51,014 bases of DNA from Octopus bimaculoides (lineage: Eukaryota), in the NCBI RefSeq assembly GCF_001194135.2, contig NC_068998.1:10389056-10440069 (forward strand). The letters run 5' to 3'. Shown piece by piece: positions 39,195 through 51,014 of the stretch. A program made the translations under genes and the position numbers. Numbering within the stretch: the stretch's first letter is position 1; each line of letters begins with the position of its first letter. The notes under the pieces are model-generated. The model made no database searches. It was not told where the DNA came from and saw nothing but the letters and a program-made list of their open reading frames with translations.

Positions 39195-39535
39195 TCCGCC
39201 TGACTGGCTCCCATGCTGGTGGCACGTAAAAAGCACCATCTGAACATGGCTGATGCCAGTGTCCCCTGACTGGCTCCCATGCCAGTGGGACGTAAAAAGC
39301 ACTATTCAAACGTGATCGATGCCAGGTCCACCTAATTGGCTCCTGTGCCAGTGGCATGTAAAAAGCACCCACTACACTCTCAGAGTGGTTGGCGTTAGGA
39401 AGGGCATCCAGCTGTAGAAACATTGCCAGATCAGATTGGAGCCTGGTGCAACAGCTGACTTTCCAGACCTCAGTCAAACCATCCAACCCATGCCAGCATG
39501 GAAAATAGATGTTAAACGATGATGATGATGACATC
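39195..39535 (+). mobile_element. RTE-tail element (TTAGGAAGGGCATCCAGCTGTAGAAA..AACCCATGCCAGCATGGAA..(GAT)n) with three internal GCTCCCATGC..GCACGTAAAAAGCAC repeats
   Basis: The family recurs at about 3745-3935(+), 20340-20460(+), 28920-29180(-), 30310-30440(-), 35390-35600(-), 45830-45990(-), 47190-47445(+), 48005-48200(+), 49260-49410(+) and 50040-50350(-). RTE assignment is from memory of such tails. Confidence 0.7.
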
Positions 39536-39752
39536 AAGGACTACATTGTCGACTATTTCTTCAGGCATAGTATATCTAGGACTACATTGTCTAATGTGTT
39601 TTTCATTCATAGTGATTCTAAGGTTACCAGTTCAGATTGAAGCCTGGTACAGCCTTCTGGCTTGCCAGTCCTCAGTCAAACCGTCTAACCCATACCAGCA
39701 TGGAAAGCAGACGTTAAATGACAACAACAACAATGATGATGATGCTTCTAGT

Positions 39753-40140
39753 TTGACTCATGTAGAGTTAAAACTCTCACTCTGGCTCATGTAAAAACTC
39801 CTGCTTTAGCTCTAGTATAGACTCCTACTTTGGCTCAAGTGAAATCTCCCTCTTTGACTCATGTAGTGGTACCTGCTTTAGCTCAAGTCAAGGCACCCAC
39901 CTTGGCTCATGTAAAGACTTATACTTGGCCTCTAGTCTGAGTCTCATCTCTTGGCTCAAGTGACTGCTCCTTTCTTTGGCTCATGTAGAAACTTGTACTT
40001 TACCTCTAGTAAAAACCTCCTAACTGGCCTCAAGTAAATCTCCCCATCCCATCTTGTCTCAAATAAAACCTCCCTTACTTTGTCTCTGGTAAAGACCTTC
40101 ACCTTGGCTCAAATATAGGTCCTCACTGTGGCTGAAGTCA
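39753..40140 (+). repeat. Degenerate 24-bp tandem repeat (about 15 units), consensus peptide LAxVKxP(T/A/S)
   Basis: Six exactly phased units at 39782-39925; later units carry indels and stops. Confidence 0.8.
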
Positions 40141-40479
40141 GGCCTTGACAGTGGTTCAACGGAAAATGACCTTTATGAAAGATGTGTGTTAGTTCATTTC
40201 ATTTCCTTTCGCTATTGATCAGTTCAGTGTTTAAATGCATTGGAAACAGCACAGTTGTGTGTTTATGTCATATACAAAGATTAAACAAACTATTGAGGTG
40301 AGAAGATCAATAAATACAAGAATAGCAGAATAACAACTGCAAGAAGAACAACAGTGAGACAACGAAATCAATATTCCTGTAATCGGCGCTGTAGGATATA
40401 ATGGATATTAGATCAGAATCACAAACAAAATCTTCAGTTTCTGTCGTTGCTGCGATAACAATAAACGGTCGTGACAATG

Positions 40480-41225
40480 ATGATAATGACGACAAAAGTG
40501 ACAATGATGACAAAAAGGATCAGTGATGACGTTGATGATGATGATGATGACAATAGTGGTGTTGATGATGATGATGATGACAATGGTGACAACATTGGTG
40601 ATGATGGTGATTTTGGTGATGGTGATGACAATGATGACATTAGTGATGAGGACGATGATGACTATGACTATGATTATTTTGATGATGATGACAATATGAT
40701 GACTACAATTTGATGACTACAATATGATGATGATGATGATGACTCCAATATGAGGACAATATGATGACTACAATATGATGATGATGATGATGACTACAAT
40801 ATGATGACAATATGATGATGATGATGACTACAATAGCCTCGATGATGGTGATAATGATGATGACAATGTTGGTGGTGATGATGATGAAGATAACGGTGGC
40901 CGTGAGGATCGTAACAAGGACCATCATAATTTATAATACAACTATAAAGTTTCAGATTTACCATGATGATGATGATGAGGAGGAGGAGGAGGACAATGGT
41001 GATGTTCAAGATAGCAAAAGTGATCAAACGAACAAAGCATCAATGACAAAAGATTCAAAGCCTGAGATTTGCTGCTGCTGCTGCTAATGATGATCAAGAT
41101 GATGTGGATGATGATGATGATAACATTGGTGATGATGATGATGACATTGGTGATGATGATGATGAAGACAATGAGGGTAGCAGCAGTGACGATGGCAATG
41201 GTTAATTTCTCAGATGTGCATGATG
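40480..41225 (+). repeat. Degenerate (GAT/GAC/GGT)n field with internal repeats of about 20-30 bp
   Basis: Direct reading. Confidence 0.9.
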
Positions 41226-41458
41226 GCTCACTCATTCGTAGCGAAAACAAAATGCAAAGTCGTAATATTGCTGGCGTCATTTAACTGAATCCTTCACTTC
41301 AGAGTGTATTGTAGACTTGGCACCAGTGCAGAAGTTTGATCAGAAATAATCTATCAATCAATCAATCAATCAATCAATCTATTTACTATGTTTGTCAATT
41401 GTACTGGCTATCAGTTTGTCTCTGTCTCTCTGTCTACCTACCTATCTATCTATCTATC

Positions 41459-41489
<31 letters not shown>

Positions 41490-42094
41490 CTAGCCATCTA
41501 TCTATCTATCTATCCATCCATTTATCTCTCTCTTTCTTTCTCTCCCTGTCTATCTATCTATCTGTCTATCTGTCTACCAGTCTGTTTATATGTTTATCTG
41601 TTCATTTATAAATCTATCTATCAATCTATCTACTTATCAATTCGGTCTTGTCTGCATGTCTTTGTCTATCCATCAATCTATTTGTCTGTCAGTCTGTCTA
41701 TTTGTCTACCTTTTTCTTTCTTTCTTTTTATTTAACTACCCCACTACCTATCCATTCATCCATCCATTTTTCTACCTTTGTGTCCAACTATGCATATGTC
41801 TAACTATCTGTCTATCTCTACCTATGTAAACGTCTGTCTGTCTGCCTCTCACTCTTTCTCCCTCCATCCATCCATCAATCCATCCATCCATCAATCCATC
41901 CATCCATCAATCCATCCATCCATTTTTCTACCTTTGTATCCAACTATACATATGTCTAGCTATGTTTCTGTCTGTCTGTTTGTCTCTCTTCCTGCTGTTT
42001 TACAATTACCAGAAACAAAACCAAATTTATCCAATATTCTTCCTTCTATTTTCTCACTCACCTCTCACCCTCTCACTCCTTGCACCACTATCCC

Positions 42095-42280
42095 TCCTCC
42101 TCCTCCTCCTCCTCCTCCTCCTCCTCTTGTTCCTCCTCCTCCTCTTGTTCCTCCTCCTCCTCTTGTTCCTCCTCCTCCTCTTGTTCCTCCTCCTCCTCTT
42201 GTTCCTCCTCCTCCTCTTGTTCCTCCTCCTCCTCCTCTTATTCCTCCTTGTCTTATTCCTCCTCCTCTTATTCCTCCTCA
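42095..42280 (+). repeat. 18-bp repeat (CTTGTTCCTCCTCCTCCT)n grown from (CCT)n
   Basis: About 7 units, direct reading. Confidence 0.9.
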
Positions 42281-43073
42281 TCCCTCACCTGCATGCTCAC
42301 TGCTATTGTCAGTGAAATGTCAAGTTTATTGTACCAGACAGAACAGAGTTTATTTTACATCCATCACAAAATACCACTGAGCATTATTGTGAAAAAGATG
42401 AAATTTTTAGAACATCCACTATCACCACCACTACCACCACCACTTCTATGGCAACTGCCACCACCACCACCTACATGGCCAAATACCACAACAGCTCTAT
42501 GGTGACTGCTTCTGTCGACAACACCACCGTCATCATAAGCATTGATAAGAAGAAGAACAACAATAAGATTAATAGCATCCACAACCGCATCAACAACAAC
42601 AACAACAACAACACCAAACTCACGAACAGCAACAATGACATCCTTAACAATAACAACAACAGTAACAACTATGAGAACACTGACAATAATAGTATTACCA
42701 CCACCACCACCACCACCACTACCACCACTACCACCACTACCACCAACAACAACAACAACAATGACGACAACAAGCTAATGATTATACAACATAATTATAC
42801 AATCTGCTAGAAAAAGCAGCCAAATGTCTCTCGAATCGCATCTTGTCATCTTAGCTTTAAAAAGAAGGACACATTCAGTAATGTAGTGAGTCCTGTCTAT
42901 TGTGAAATAGATGGGATGTTCATGGTTGGAATGCCCTTGATTTTAAGGTTTGCTCAATCAAGGCTGACATGGCAGTAAACACTAACTGTGAAGCATTGGG
43001 GGATCCATGTGGTCGCTCAAATTGCTAGAAATAGCAGCCGACGCATTAGATAATGTGCTCCTACATCCTCCTT

Positions 43074-43457
43074 GGAGGTGCAATGGCCCAGTGGTTAGGG
43101 CAGCGGACTCACGGTCGTAGGATCGCAGTTTCGATTCCCAGACTGGGCGTTGTGAGTATTTATTGAGCGAAAACACCTAAAGCTCCACGAGGCTCCGGCA
43201 GGGGATGGTGGCGAACCCTGCTGTACTCTTCCACCACAACTTTCTCTCACTCTTTCTTCCTGTTTCTGTTGTACCTGTAATTCAAAGGGCCAGCCTTGTC
43301 ACACTCTGTGTCACGCTGAATATCCCCGAGAACTACGTTAAGGGGTACACGTGTCTGTGGAGTACTCAGCCACTTGCACGTTAATTTCACGAGCAGGCTG
43401 TTCCGTTGATCGGATCAACTGGAACCCTCGTCGCCGTAAGCGACGGAGTGCCAACTA
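43074..43457 (+). mobile_element. Young full-length tRNA-derived SINE (head 1 + tail A) with 11-bp TSD
   Basis: TSD ACATCCTCCTT at 43063-73 and 43458-68; box A TGGCCCAGTGG, box B GTTTCGATTCC. Confidence 0.92.
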
Positions 43458-44074
43458 ACATCCTCCTTACAAAGACAGGAAGGCCACAGCTGGAATGCTC
43501 TTGATATATATTGACCTGTAGCTTAGACAACACCAACAGCAGCAGCAGCAGCAGACAAAGACGCTTGCTCATCATATCATAATTTGCCATTCTAATCCAA
43601 TTCTGGTGTATTATTATTAGATTGCGGCAAAGACGGTTTTAATGAAGCGGTTGTAATATGTTCAACCAAGATAATCCATTAAGATGATTAAAGTTTCACA
43701 AAACAATTTGAAGAACAAGAACCTAGTCTAGTGCTCTGATCGGTTACTTCTCTTCCTACCACTCTCTCTCTCAGGTTTAGAAACATTGAAATGTCTCCTC
43801 TGAGCCCTTCTCCTCCTCCTTCCATTCCTCTCCTTTCTCTCTGTTCTGTCTTCATCTTATTTAAAACAATGTCATTCTCATCTTGACTAAAGTTTTTCTT
43901 TTGTTCTTCAGCTTTTATCAAGAATATTTCTTTTTAGTTTTTTTTTTTTTGTAGATTTCTAGAAAGAAGGTACATACATATATATATAAAAATTCCATGT
44001 GCATAAACAGGATTTTATCCTTGTATCTAGAGCTTTTGTGCTATGGACTTTACAGTTAACCATACTCATCAGTG

Positions 44075-44385
44075 CGGAGGCGCAATGGCCCAGTGGGTAG
44101 GGCAGCGAACACGTGGTCGGAGGATCGCGATTTCGATTCCCAGACCGGGCGTTGTGTGTGTTTATTGAGCGAAAACACCTAAAGCTCCACGAGGCTCCGG
44201 CAGGGGGGGGGCCCACCTCTGTTGTACTCTTTCACCCCAACTTTCTCTCACTCTTTCTTCCTGTTTCTTGGGTAATGCTGCGATGGACTGGCGCTCCGTC
44301 CAGCTGGGGGGAACACATACGCCATAGAAACCGGGAAACTGGGCCCATGAGCCTGACTAGGCTTTAAAAGGGCACATAACAAAAA
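44075..44385 (+). mobile_element. Young full-length tRNA-derived SINE (head 1 + tail B) with 13-bp TSD
   Basis: TSD ATACTCATCAGTG at 44062-74 and 44386-98. Confidence 0.92.
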
Positions 44386-44585
44386 ATACTCATCAGTGTT
44401 TGTATGTTAGGTCAGGTATGGGGGCATATGTCATTGCAGGGCACTGCTGCGTCCATCATTTGTTTGTATTTTCTTGTGTTGTCCTGATAGACCTTCTGAG
44501 CTGTGTCCCAGTCGGTCTGCATTTCCACGAGATATTTCCTTATCCACTGTGGCCATGTGGCATGCGGTCAACTAACACTGTCTAG

Positions 44586-44748
44586 GATCACCTGAACTCC
44601 TTTGGTACCAAGATACTTCACAAGATTATGGGTTACCATTGGTCAGATTTTTTTATCCAACCAATCCCTATACTCAGAAACTGGGATGTGTCCTGTTACT
44701 TGAGTGATTTTGAAGCGTCAGCTCAAACTGTTTCGTCTTGTTGCTCAT
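44586..44748 (+). mobile_element. RTE-clade LINE ORF fragment (region after the RT domain)
   Basis: HLNSFGTKILHKIMGYHWSDF /frameshift/ LSNQSLYSETGMCPVT*VILKRQLKLFRLVAH resembles RTE 'DAFGTKCLRRIMGYRW.DFVSNQRL..ET..RPIT..VR.RQLRLYGHVAR'. Confidence 0.7.
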
Positions 44749-44749
44749 A

Positions 44750-45499
44750 TTTTTTCTGCAATATGGACACATATTTATTTGAGTTTATCATACCCTCACA
44801 TTCCACCAGCTCTGATCAACCATTGCTCCAAATTGTTCCCCAGACCATCACAGAATAGCTGCTGTATTTCATTGCTGGTTGCAATCTTTTCACATCAAAT
44901 TCTTGGTCACAGAGTCTCCAGACCCACACTCAACTTATTAGAGAATATGACAGTGTCCCAAAATGCTCATGGCCTCTCCACCATCTCACTGGCCCAATCT
45001 TGATATTGGCTGGTTGAAGAAGTGGCTTCCTTCTTCCTGCTCTGCCATAGTAACCAAGTTTATGGAGAAACCTGACAGCTGTTCTGGGACTGACATCAAC
45101 TTGCTCTGCTATGTCAGAGACCTTGCAACGAGGATTATCCTCCACACTTCTCATAACAAAGAGAAGGGTCCTGTCAGAGGGCCCTGGTTGATCTGGACAA
45201 CGTGATGTGGACTCCTTCCCCACTCTGGGGAATTGCACAGTCACTTTATTAACTGTAGAAAGTGGGGTCCCATGGTTTTCTGCGATTTTGTTATGTCCAC
45301 CTTCAGAATGACCCATAATACGGCCTCTTTGAAATTCAGTCAGTTTCAAGGCTTCTTTTGTACATGGCATGATGAAACAGCCACATGTAGAACCTGAAAC
45401 ATAAAAATGTCAATTAATAAGAAATATAAACCTTTACAAGATAGAATAAACAGAAAACGATGTTTTATGGGGTGTCTATTTACTTCTAACATGTGTGTG
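44750..45499 (-). mobile_element. Tc1-like DNA transposon fossil: left TIR, paired-type HTH and first half of the DDE domain, 3'-truncated
   Basis: LTEFQRGRIMG..GTPLSTVNKV..GRAGRRKPLL; after frameshifts WDTVIFSN, VWVWR..LQPAMKY..SVMVWG..EGMINSNKYVSIL; terminal TA-CAC..AGTAAATAGACACCCC at about 45468-45501. Confidence 0.88.
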
Positions 45500-45532
45500 T
45501 ATGAATGAATTAAATATATATATATGAATGTA

Positions 45533-45571
<39 letters not shown>

Positions 45572-45620
45572 GAATTAAAATTGTGTCCCCTACTACAATA
45601 TAACCATGCTTTCTTTTCAG

Positions 45621-45728
45621 CTGCCTCATTTATCACCTTACATAAGATTCTGCAGTTGCCAGTTAAATGCAGGGTCTCTTTTGCAACGGAAAACAGAAGA
45701 TGTTCCAGAATTTGTTGAAGTTCATAAA
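45621..45728 (+). CDS. ITSN1: Intersectin DH exon 4: [36 protein letters not shown]
   Basis: Acceptor TTCTTTTCAG|, donor AAA|GTAAGC; 108 nt, phase 0 to 0. PYIRFCS-QLN motif. Confidence 0.96.
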
Positions 45729-46265
45729 GTAAGCACCAACATTTGTGTTAGTTCATCATCACCATCACCATCATCATTACCATACTCATCATCATCAATA
45801 TCATCATCATCATCATCACCGTCATCATCGTTGCCGTTTTAATGTTCTCTTTTCCATGTTTGTATTGTTTGGATGCAGTTTACTGATACAGATTTTCTAT
45901 GACTGGATGCCTTCCTCTTGCCAACCCTTACCTGTTTCCAAGGAAGGTAACATTTCCTAATGGTCAGATAGGTTTTCATGGAAGAACTTTATGCATTATT
46001 TCTTAATCCTTTACTTACTCTCACTACTCCTCAATTATGTTTGAATTATGAATTACACACTCTAAAGTGATACTACATGTTTTGCTTCTTCATTTTGTCT
46101 TTCTAAAATGCACCCATACACACACACACATTTGCCACACCACTGTTAAGGTTTTATGTGCATAAGCAGTTGCAGCATTCAATAAATATTAAGTATTCAT
46201 TGATTCCTGCTTCTCACTACATCTATTAACTGTTTTGTTTCTCTTTGTGTTTTTGTTGTTAACAG

Positions 46266-46364
46266 CAATGTGTCACAGATCCTCGATGTCAAGGAATGCC
46301 ATTAAGTAGTTTCCTTCTGAAACCCATGCAGCGAATAACTCGGTATCCCCTTCTCCTTAAAAAG
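46266..46364 (+). CDS. ITSN1: Intersectin DH exon 5: [33 protein letters not shown]
   Basis: Acceptor after a long T-rich tract (GTTAACAG|), donor AAG|GTAAGT; 99 nt. [19 protein letters not shown] is the canonical DH motif. Confidence 0.97.
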
Positions 46365-47499
46365 GTAAGTCATCATCTTAACGAGGCAGCCAGTTTATTT
46401 ACCTGTCAGGTCAAGGCTGGAATGTGTCTTCTTTTTTTTTTTTTTTTTTTTGCATGGTTTAATTCAGGAAGAAGAGATAATGCACATCACTTTTACTGCA
46501 CCAAACTTTTAAAATAAGTACTGGGGCTGCTTGTATTTTTAGGGGATGATAAAGAACGGTACTAACCCTGAGTTTGGATTGGTGCTTTTTTAGAGGGAAC
46601 AATGCAGTTTTGAACTAAACTCCATATCCACACAACTATACCTGTTAAGGTGGTGCCCCAGCAGGGCAGTCCAATGATTGAAGCAAGTAAAAAATAAAAG
46701 AATCTGCTAGATTCTTCCTTCCCTCAAAACATTTAATGTCCTGTGTCTGTGTTAAAAGAACCCTGTATCATAGCTTCCCTAACTCATGGTCCTTTGTTTA
46801 TCCACCCCTCAGCCTCACCCGTTTTGGTAGATTGCCTCCTCATACCTTCATTCTCCTTCCTGTACAATCTTGCAAGCCAAACCCACCCACTACTCACCTT
46901 GCGCTTTGTGGGGCCCCCTAGCACCTCATCATCATCATCATCATCATCCAGTGTTTTAAATCCGGGTTTTGTCCCCAATTAACAGGGGTGGCCAGATCTA
47001 CCTCAATGCCATAGCAACCACCCTCACACCATCTTGACATCTTGCTCAGTTTTGGGGTGTCCTCCTTTTTCTATCTCTTGCAGTTCCTACTGATCGTTTT
47101 CTCTTTCTCTCTCTCCACTTTCCCCTACTAAATCTGAGTAGCCATATTGATCCCTCTACAAGAACCTGCTCTGCTCCCCCAGCTTCTCATAGAAGCATGG
47201 AGCTGACTTGCTTACCTTGCCCAGGGTTTGTAGTCCTGCAAGCTGCATGGTGACATCAATAGTGCAGGTGGCATAGAAAAAGCACCCAGTCCGTGCTATA
47301 AAGTGGCTGGTGTTAAAAAGTGTGACCAGCTGTAGAAACCACGCCAAAGCATATACTGGAGCACAATGTGGTCCTTGGACGCATTGAATCCTGTCAAAGT
47401 GTTCAATCTATGTTAGCATGAAATATGGACATTTCATGATGATACTAGAGATTATACATTGTCTAATCATGTCTAATGTTTTTTTATTGTTTTGATTAG

Positions 47500-47667
47500 A
47501 TTTTGAAACACACCCCAGAAGATCACCCTGACCATTTGCATCTGGTCGATGCCTTAGCAAAAGCTGAAGAACTATGTAGCCAAGTGAATGAAGGAGTGCG
47601 AGAGAAGGAAAACTCCAACGATCTAGAATGGATCCAGCAGAATGTACTCTGTGAAGGTTTGGATGAA
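47500..47667 (+). CDS. ITSN1: Intersectin DH exon 6 / DH-PH linker: [56 protein letters not shown]
   Basis: Acceptor TTTGATTAG|, donor GAA|GTACGT; 168 nt. [18 protein letters not shown] matches recalled vertebrate ITSN1. Confidence 0.97.
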
Positions 47668-48479
47668 GTACGTACTTTCACCTCATTTCAGTCTTTTTTC
47701 TTTTAATTTTACAGTAAGTCACTTAACATGGGAGGAAGGGAATCCAGTTTGAAACGGTGTAAGTTCATGCAGTGGTCTATGTGGCTCAGCAATAAGCTCA
47801 CCCTAATGTTCTGAGTTCAATGTTTGTTTTGACTCTTTATGATGTCAGTTCAAATCCCACCAAAGTCAATTTTGCATCTTATCCTTCCAGAGTTGATAAA
47901 GTACCAGTCGAGTATTGGGGTCAATAAAATTAATTAACCCTGCTATCAAAAATTGCTTGCCTTGTGCTTATGTTAGAGACAATTATTATTATTATTATCA
48001 TCATCCAAAAGGACTGGTGGCACGTAAAAGCACCCACTACACTCTCTGAGTGGTTGACATTAGGAAGGGCATCCAGCTGTAGAAACTCTGCCAGATCAGA
48101 TTGGAGCCTGGTGCAACCATCTGGTTTCACCAGTCCTCAGTCAAATCGTCCAACCCATGCTAGCATGGAAAGCGGACGTTAAACGATGATGATGATATAA
48201 TTCATAATATCTACGAGACAGGAACGATATCTTGTATGCTTTATCTTATTAGCTTCTTTATCTAATCTTATCAGTTATTTAGCAAACTTATTTGATACTC
48301 TGTTTTTTCTATCATTATTTTGTTTTTTTCTTTTGATACTTTATCCATTTCCTTGTTGAAGATATTCTTCGTCCAATGCAAATTTCACTGAAGAGTACTT
48401 GAAGCATTATTTATAGTCTTAAAAACATTAAACCTGTTTATATTGCTGGCCAGTTCTTAGACCCACCTGCAGTAGTATT

Positions 48480-48496
48480 ATCTCTCTCTCTCTTTC

Positions 48497-48535
<39 letters not shown>

Positions 48536-48815
48536 TTTTCTTTCTTCCTTTCTTTTTTTCTTTCTTCTTTATTTCTTTCTTTCTTTCTTCCTTTCTTTCT
48601 TTCTTCCTTCCTTTCTTTATTTCTATCTTCTTTCTTTCTTTCTTTTTTCTTTCTTTCTTTCTTTCTTTCTTTCTTTGCTTGCTTCCTTTCTTTTCTTCCT
48701 TTCCGTTCTTTTTTCTTTCTTTTTCTTCCTTTGCATGCTTCCTTTCTTTCATTCCTTTCCTTCCTTCTTTTCTTTCTTTCTTTCTTTTCCTTCCTTCCTT
48801 CCTTCCTTCCTTCCT
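48480..48815 (+). repeat. (CTTT/CTTC)n polypyrimidine field
   Basis: Direct reading; about 265 nt upstream of the PH exon 1 acceptor. Confidence 0.9.
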
Positions 48816-48952
48816 ATATATATATATATGCGCACATGCACATATACACTTACTTACACACATGCATGTATATATGTGTGTCTATGTAGGATAAGAGAGA
48901 GAGGAGAAAAAGAGAAAATTAGACAAATCTACACACAAACGCACTCTCTCTT

Positions 48953-48983
<31 letters not shown>

Positions 48984-49079
48984 TGTTTATATTATTGTTC
49001 CTCACTTGTTCCTCAATATCAACTTTTAATAAGTTGGATTCTCGTCTTTATAACTTCCAATGTTTCTTTTCTTTTGCAG

Positions 49080-49151
49080 AAATTAACTTTTAATTCTGTC
49101 ACCAATTGTCTGGGACCAAGAAAATTCTTACACTCTGGTACTTTATACAAG
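49080..49151 (+). CDS. ITSN1: Intersectin PH exon 1: KLTFNSVTNCLGPRKFLHSGTLYK
   Basis: Acceptor CTTTTGCAG|, donor AAG|GTAAGC; 72 nt. FNSVTNCLGPRKFLHSG is intersectin-specific. Confidence 0.97.
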
Positions 49152-49417
49152 GTAAGCACTCTGATGTTAACTTCTCTGACTTAGCTTTGTAAATGTGTGT
49201 GTGTGTGTGTATGTGCATATGTCCGTGTATGCATATTTTATGTGTGTGTGTGTATGTATGTGGTTGATATTAGGAAGGGCATCCAGTCATAAAAACCATA
49301 TGAAAACAGACACAGAAGTATGGTGCAGTCTTTTGCCCGGCCACTCCTGTCAAACTGTCCACACATGCCAGCATGGAAGGCGGACATTAAATGATGATGA
49401 TGACGATGATGATATAT

Positions 49418-49555
49418 GGAGTGGCTGTGTGGTAAGTAGCTTGCTTACCAACCACATGGTACCGAGTTTAGTCCCACTGTGTCTTTTACTATAGCCTCGG
49501 GCTGACCAAAGCCTTGTGAGTGGATTTGGTAGACAGAAACTGAAAGAAGCCCGTC

Positions 49556-49608
<53 letters not shown>

Positions 49609-49858
49609 NNNNNNNNNNNNNNNNNNNNNNNNNNNNNNNNNNNNNNNNTTGTATGTCTATGTTTGTCCCCCCAACATCGCTTGACAACCGATGCTGGTGT
49701 GTTTATGTCCCTGTAACTTAGTGGTTCGGCAAGAGAGACCGATAGAATAAGTACTAGGCTTACAAAGAATAAGCTCTGGGGTCGATTTGCTCGACTAAAA
49801 GGTGGTGCTCCAGCGTGGCCGCAGTCAAATGACTGAAACAAGTAAAAGAGTAAAGAGA
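49418..49858 (+). mobile_element. Full-length SINE of the GGATTTGGTAGAC family; its internal (TA)n contains an assembly gap
   Basis: Co-linear with 28486-28870. Confidence 0.85.
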
Positions 49859-50521
49859 GAGATGCAGCACAGAATTTTGTCAGTGAAGAGGTCGTGGTCT
49901 CAAAGCACCGAAAATATTTTGGCAAATTAAATTTAAATGTTAAAGTGACTCTAACAGTTTTTGCGTGTTTCTTAAATGGCTTATAAACACCTTCCATGCT
50001 GCAATTATTCATATATATATATATATATATATATATCATCATCATCATTATTTAATGTACCCTTTTCCATACTGGCATAGGTTGGCTGTTGAACATGAAC
50101 AGACAAGCCTGAAGGCTGCCCCATGTTCCAATGTTTGCTTTTGGTGTGGTTATTATGGTTGGATGCTCCTCCTAGTGTCCACCATGTCACAGAATGTACT
50201 AGGTGCTTTTTTTGTTTTTGTGGCACCAGCACCGGTGAAGCCACCAAGTTACCTGCAAGATAAACCCCCCGCTCAACTGAGTATGATAGGTAGGAAGGAG
50301 CAAGTGTTTTGCTGAAGAGGTGAACGCATGGCTTGCTCATCTGGGATGGGAGAGAGGAAGGGTGAGATGTTAGGTCAAAGCACAAGGTGAATGTGAGAAA
50401 CAGACTATATATATATAGAGAGAGAGCATGAGAGAAAGACAAACAGAGAGATGTTTGCCTGTGTACACATGAATGCTTTTGTAATGATACATTGACACAA
50501 ACCTCGCTGTGGCTTTTTCAG

Positions 50522-50653
50522 GCTAAGAGCAACAAGGAGCTGGTTGGTTTCCTCTTCAATGATTTCCTACTACTTGCACAACCGCAAGGATCCAGTCGCA
50601 ATAGCTTTACCTTCAACATCAAGTCAAAAGCACAGTTTCGTATGTACAAAATG
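50522..50653 (+). CDS. ITSN1: Intersectin PH exon 2: [44 protein letters not shown]; gene continues beyond the window
   Basis: Acceptor GCTTTTTCAG|, donor ATG|GTAAGG; 132 nt. [17 protein letters not shown] motif. Confidence 0.96.
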
Positions 50654-51014
50654 GTAAGGAAAGCTACTTTCTTAAATATTTGAGGAATTTCTTTTTTTTT
50701 TTTTTTGTTAAACTTGTATTTTTGACATTTTATAATGATTTTTTTTCCATTCAGACAGTTGATAATTTTACCCTTCTTAGTACCATTTCTACCATGAATA
50801 ATTTCATTTACATTATTTGGAATAATACAAGAACTGCCTGACTGAGGCAGTGATGGTGGTGGTGGTGGCAGTGGCCGAGGATTTGCAAATTTAGTAGAGT
50901 ATTGGACAAAACATTTTGCAGTTATTTAAATTTATCGTAATTTATGGCATATAAGAAATGTCTCAAAAAAAATCATCCTAGGTCCTCAATGTGAAGTTGG
51001 GCCTCTCATAAGCT

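Noticed and set aside
43074-43150. tRNA-like sequences (also 44075, 3353, 21489 and heads of the ATT-tailed family)
   Set aside because: They have box A/B but no complete cloverleaf, continue into SINE bodies and in two cases have TSDs. They are SINE heads, not tRNA genes.
27113-50653. Minor-spliceosome (U12) introns in the gene
   Set aside because: All eight donors are ordinary GT(A/T)-type; none matches RTATCCTT.

Overview
Eukaryotic, AT-rich, microsatellite-saturated animal DNA from a draft assembly with five N gaps. The SINE and microsatellite landscape looks like octopus/coleoid cephalopod (inference). The only recognisable host gene is the 3' part of an intersectin (ITSN1-like, long form) on the + strand. 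Eight GT-AG exons (27113-50653, 878 nt, reading frame continuous across all junctions) encode the Dbl-homology RhoGEF domain and the start of the PH domain. The SH3 exons lie upstream of the window and the rest of PH plus C2 downstream. Nearly everything else is intron: several tRNA-derived SINE families, RTE and HERO-type LINE remnants, a Tc1 transposase fossil, hAT/piggyBac/mariner/Mutator-like MITEs, foldback elements, minisatellites and kb-scale trinucleotide fields. Almost all ORFs in the supplied track are microsatellite artefacts. No prokaryotic-type system, CRISPR array or true RNA gene is supported. The most interesting signals lie in the 27 kb before the first DH exon. They are (i) a phase-1 exon at 5719 that reads in register like the start of the vertebrate ITSN1-L-specific exon, and (ii) two independent 'ATG + phase-1 donor' mini-exons (7192-7198; 22275-22293) that would create a DH-PH-C2-only intersectin. 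A 2x2 modular SINE family, inverted repeats around a DH exon and a decayed octapeptide-coding repeat are also notable. All isoform claims are inferences needing RNA evidence.
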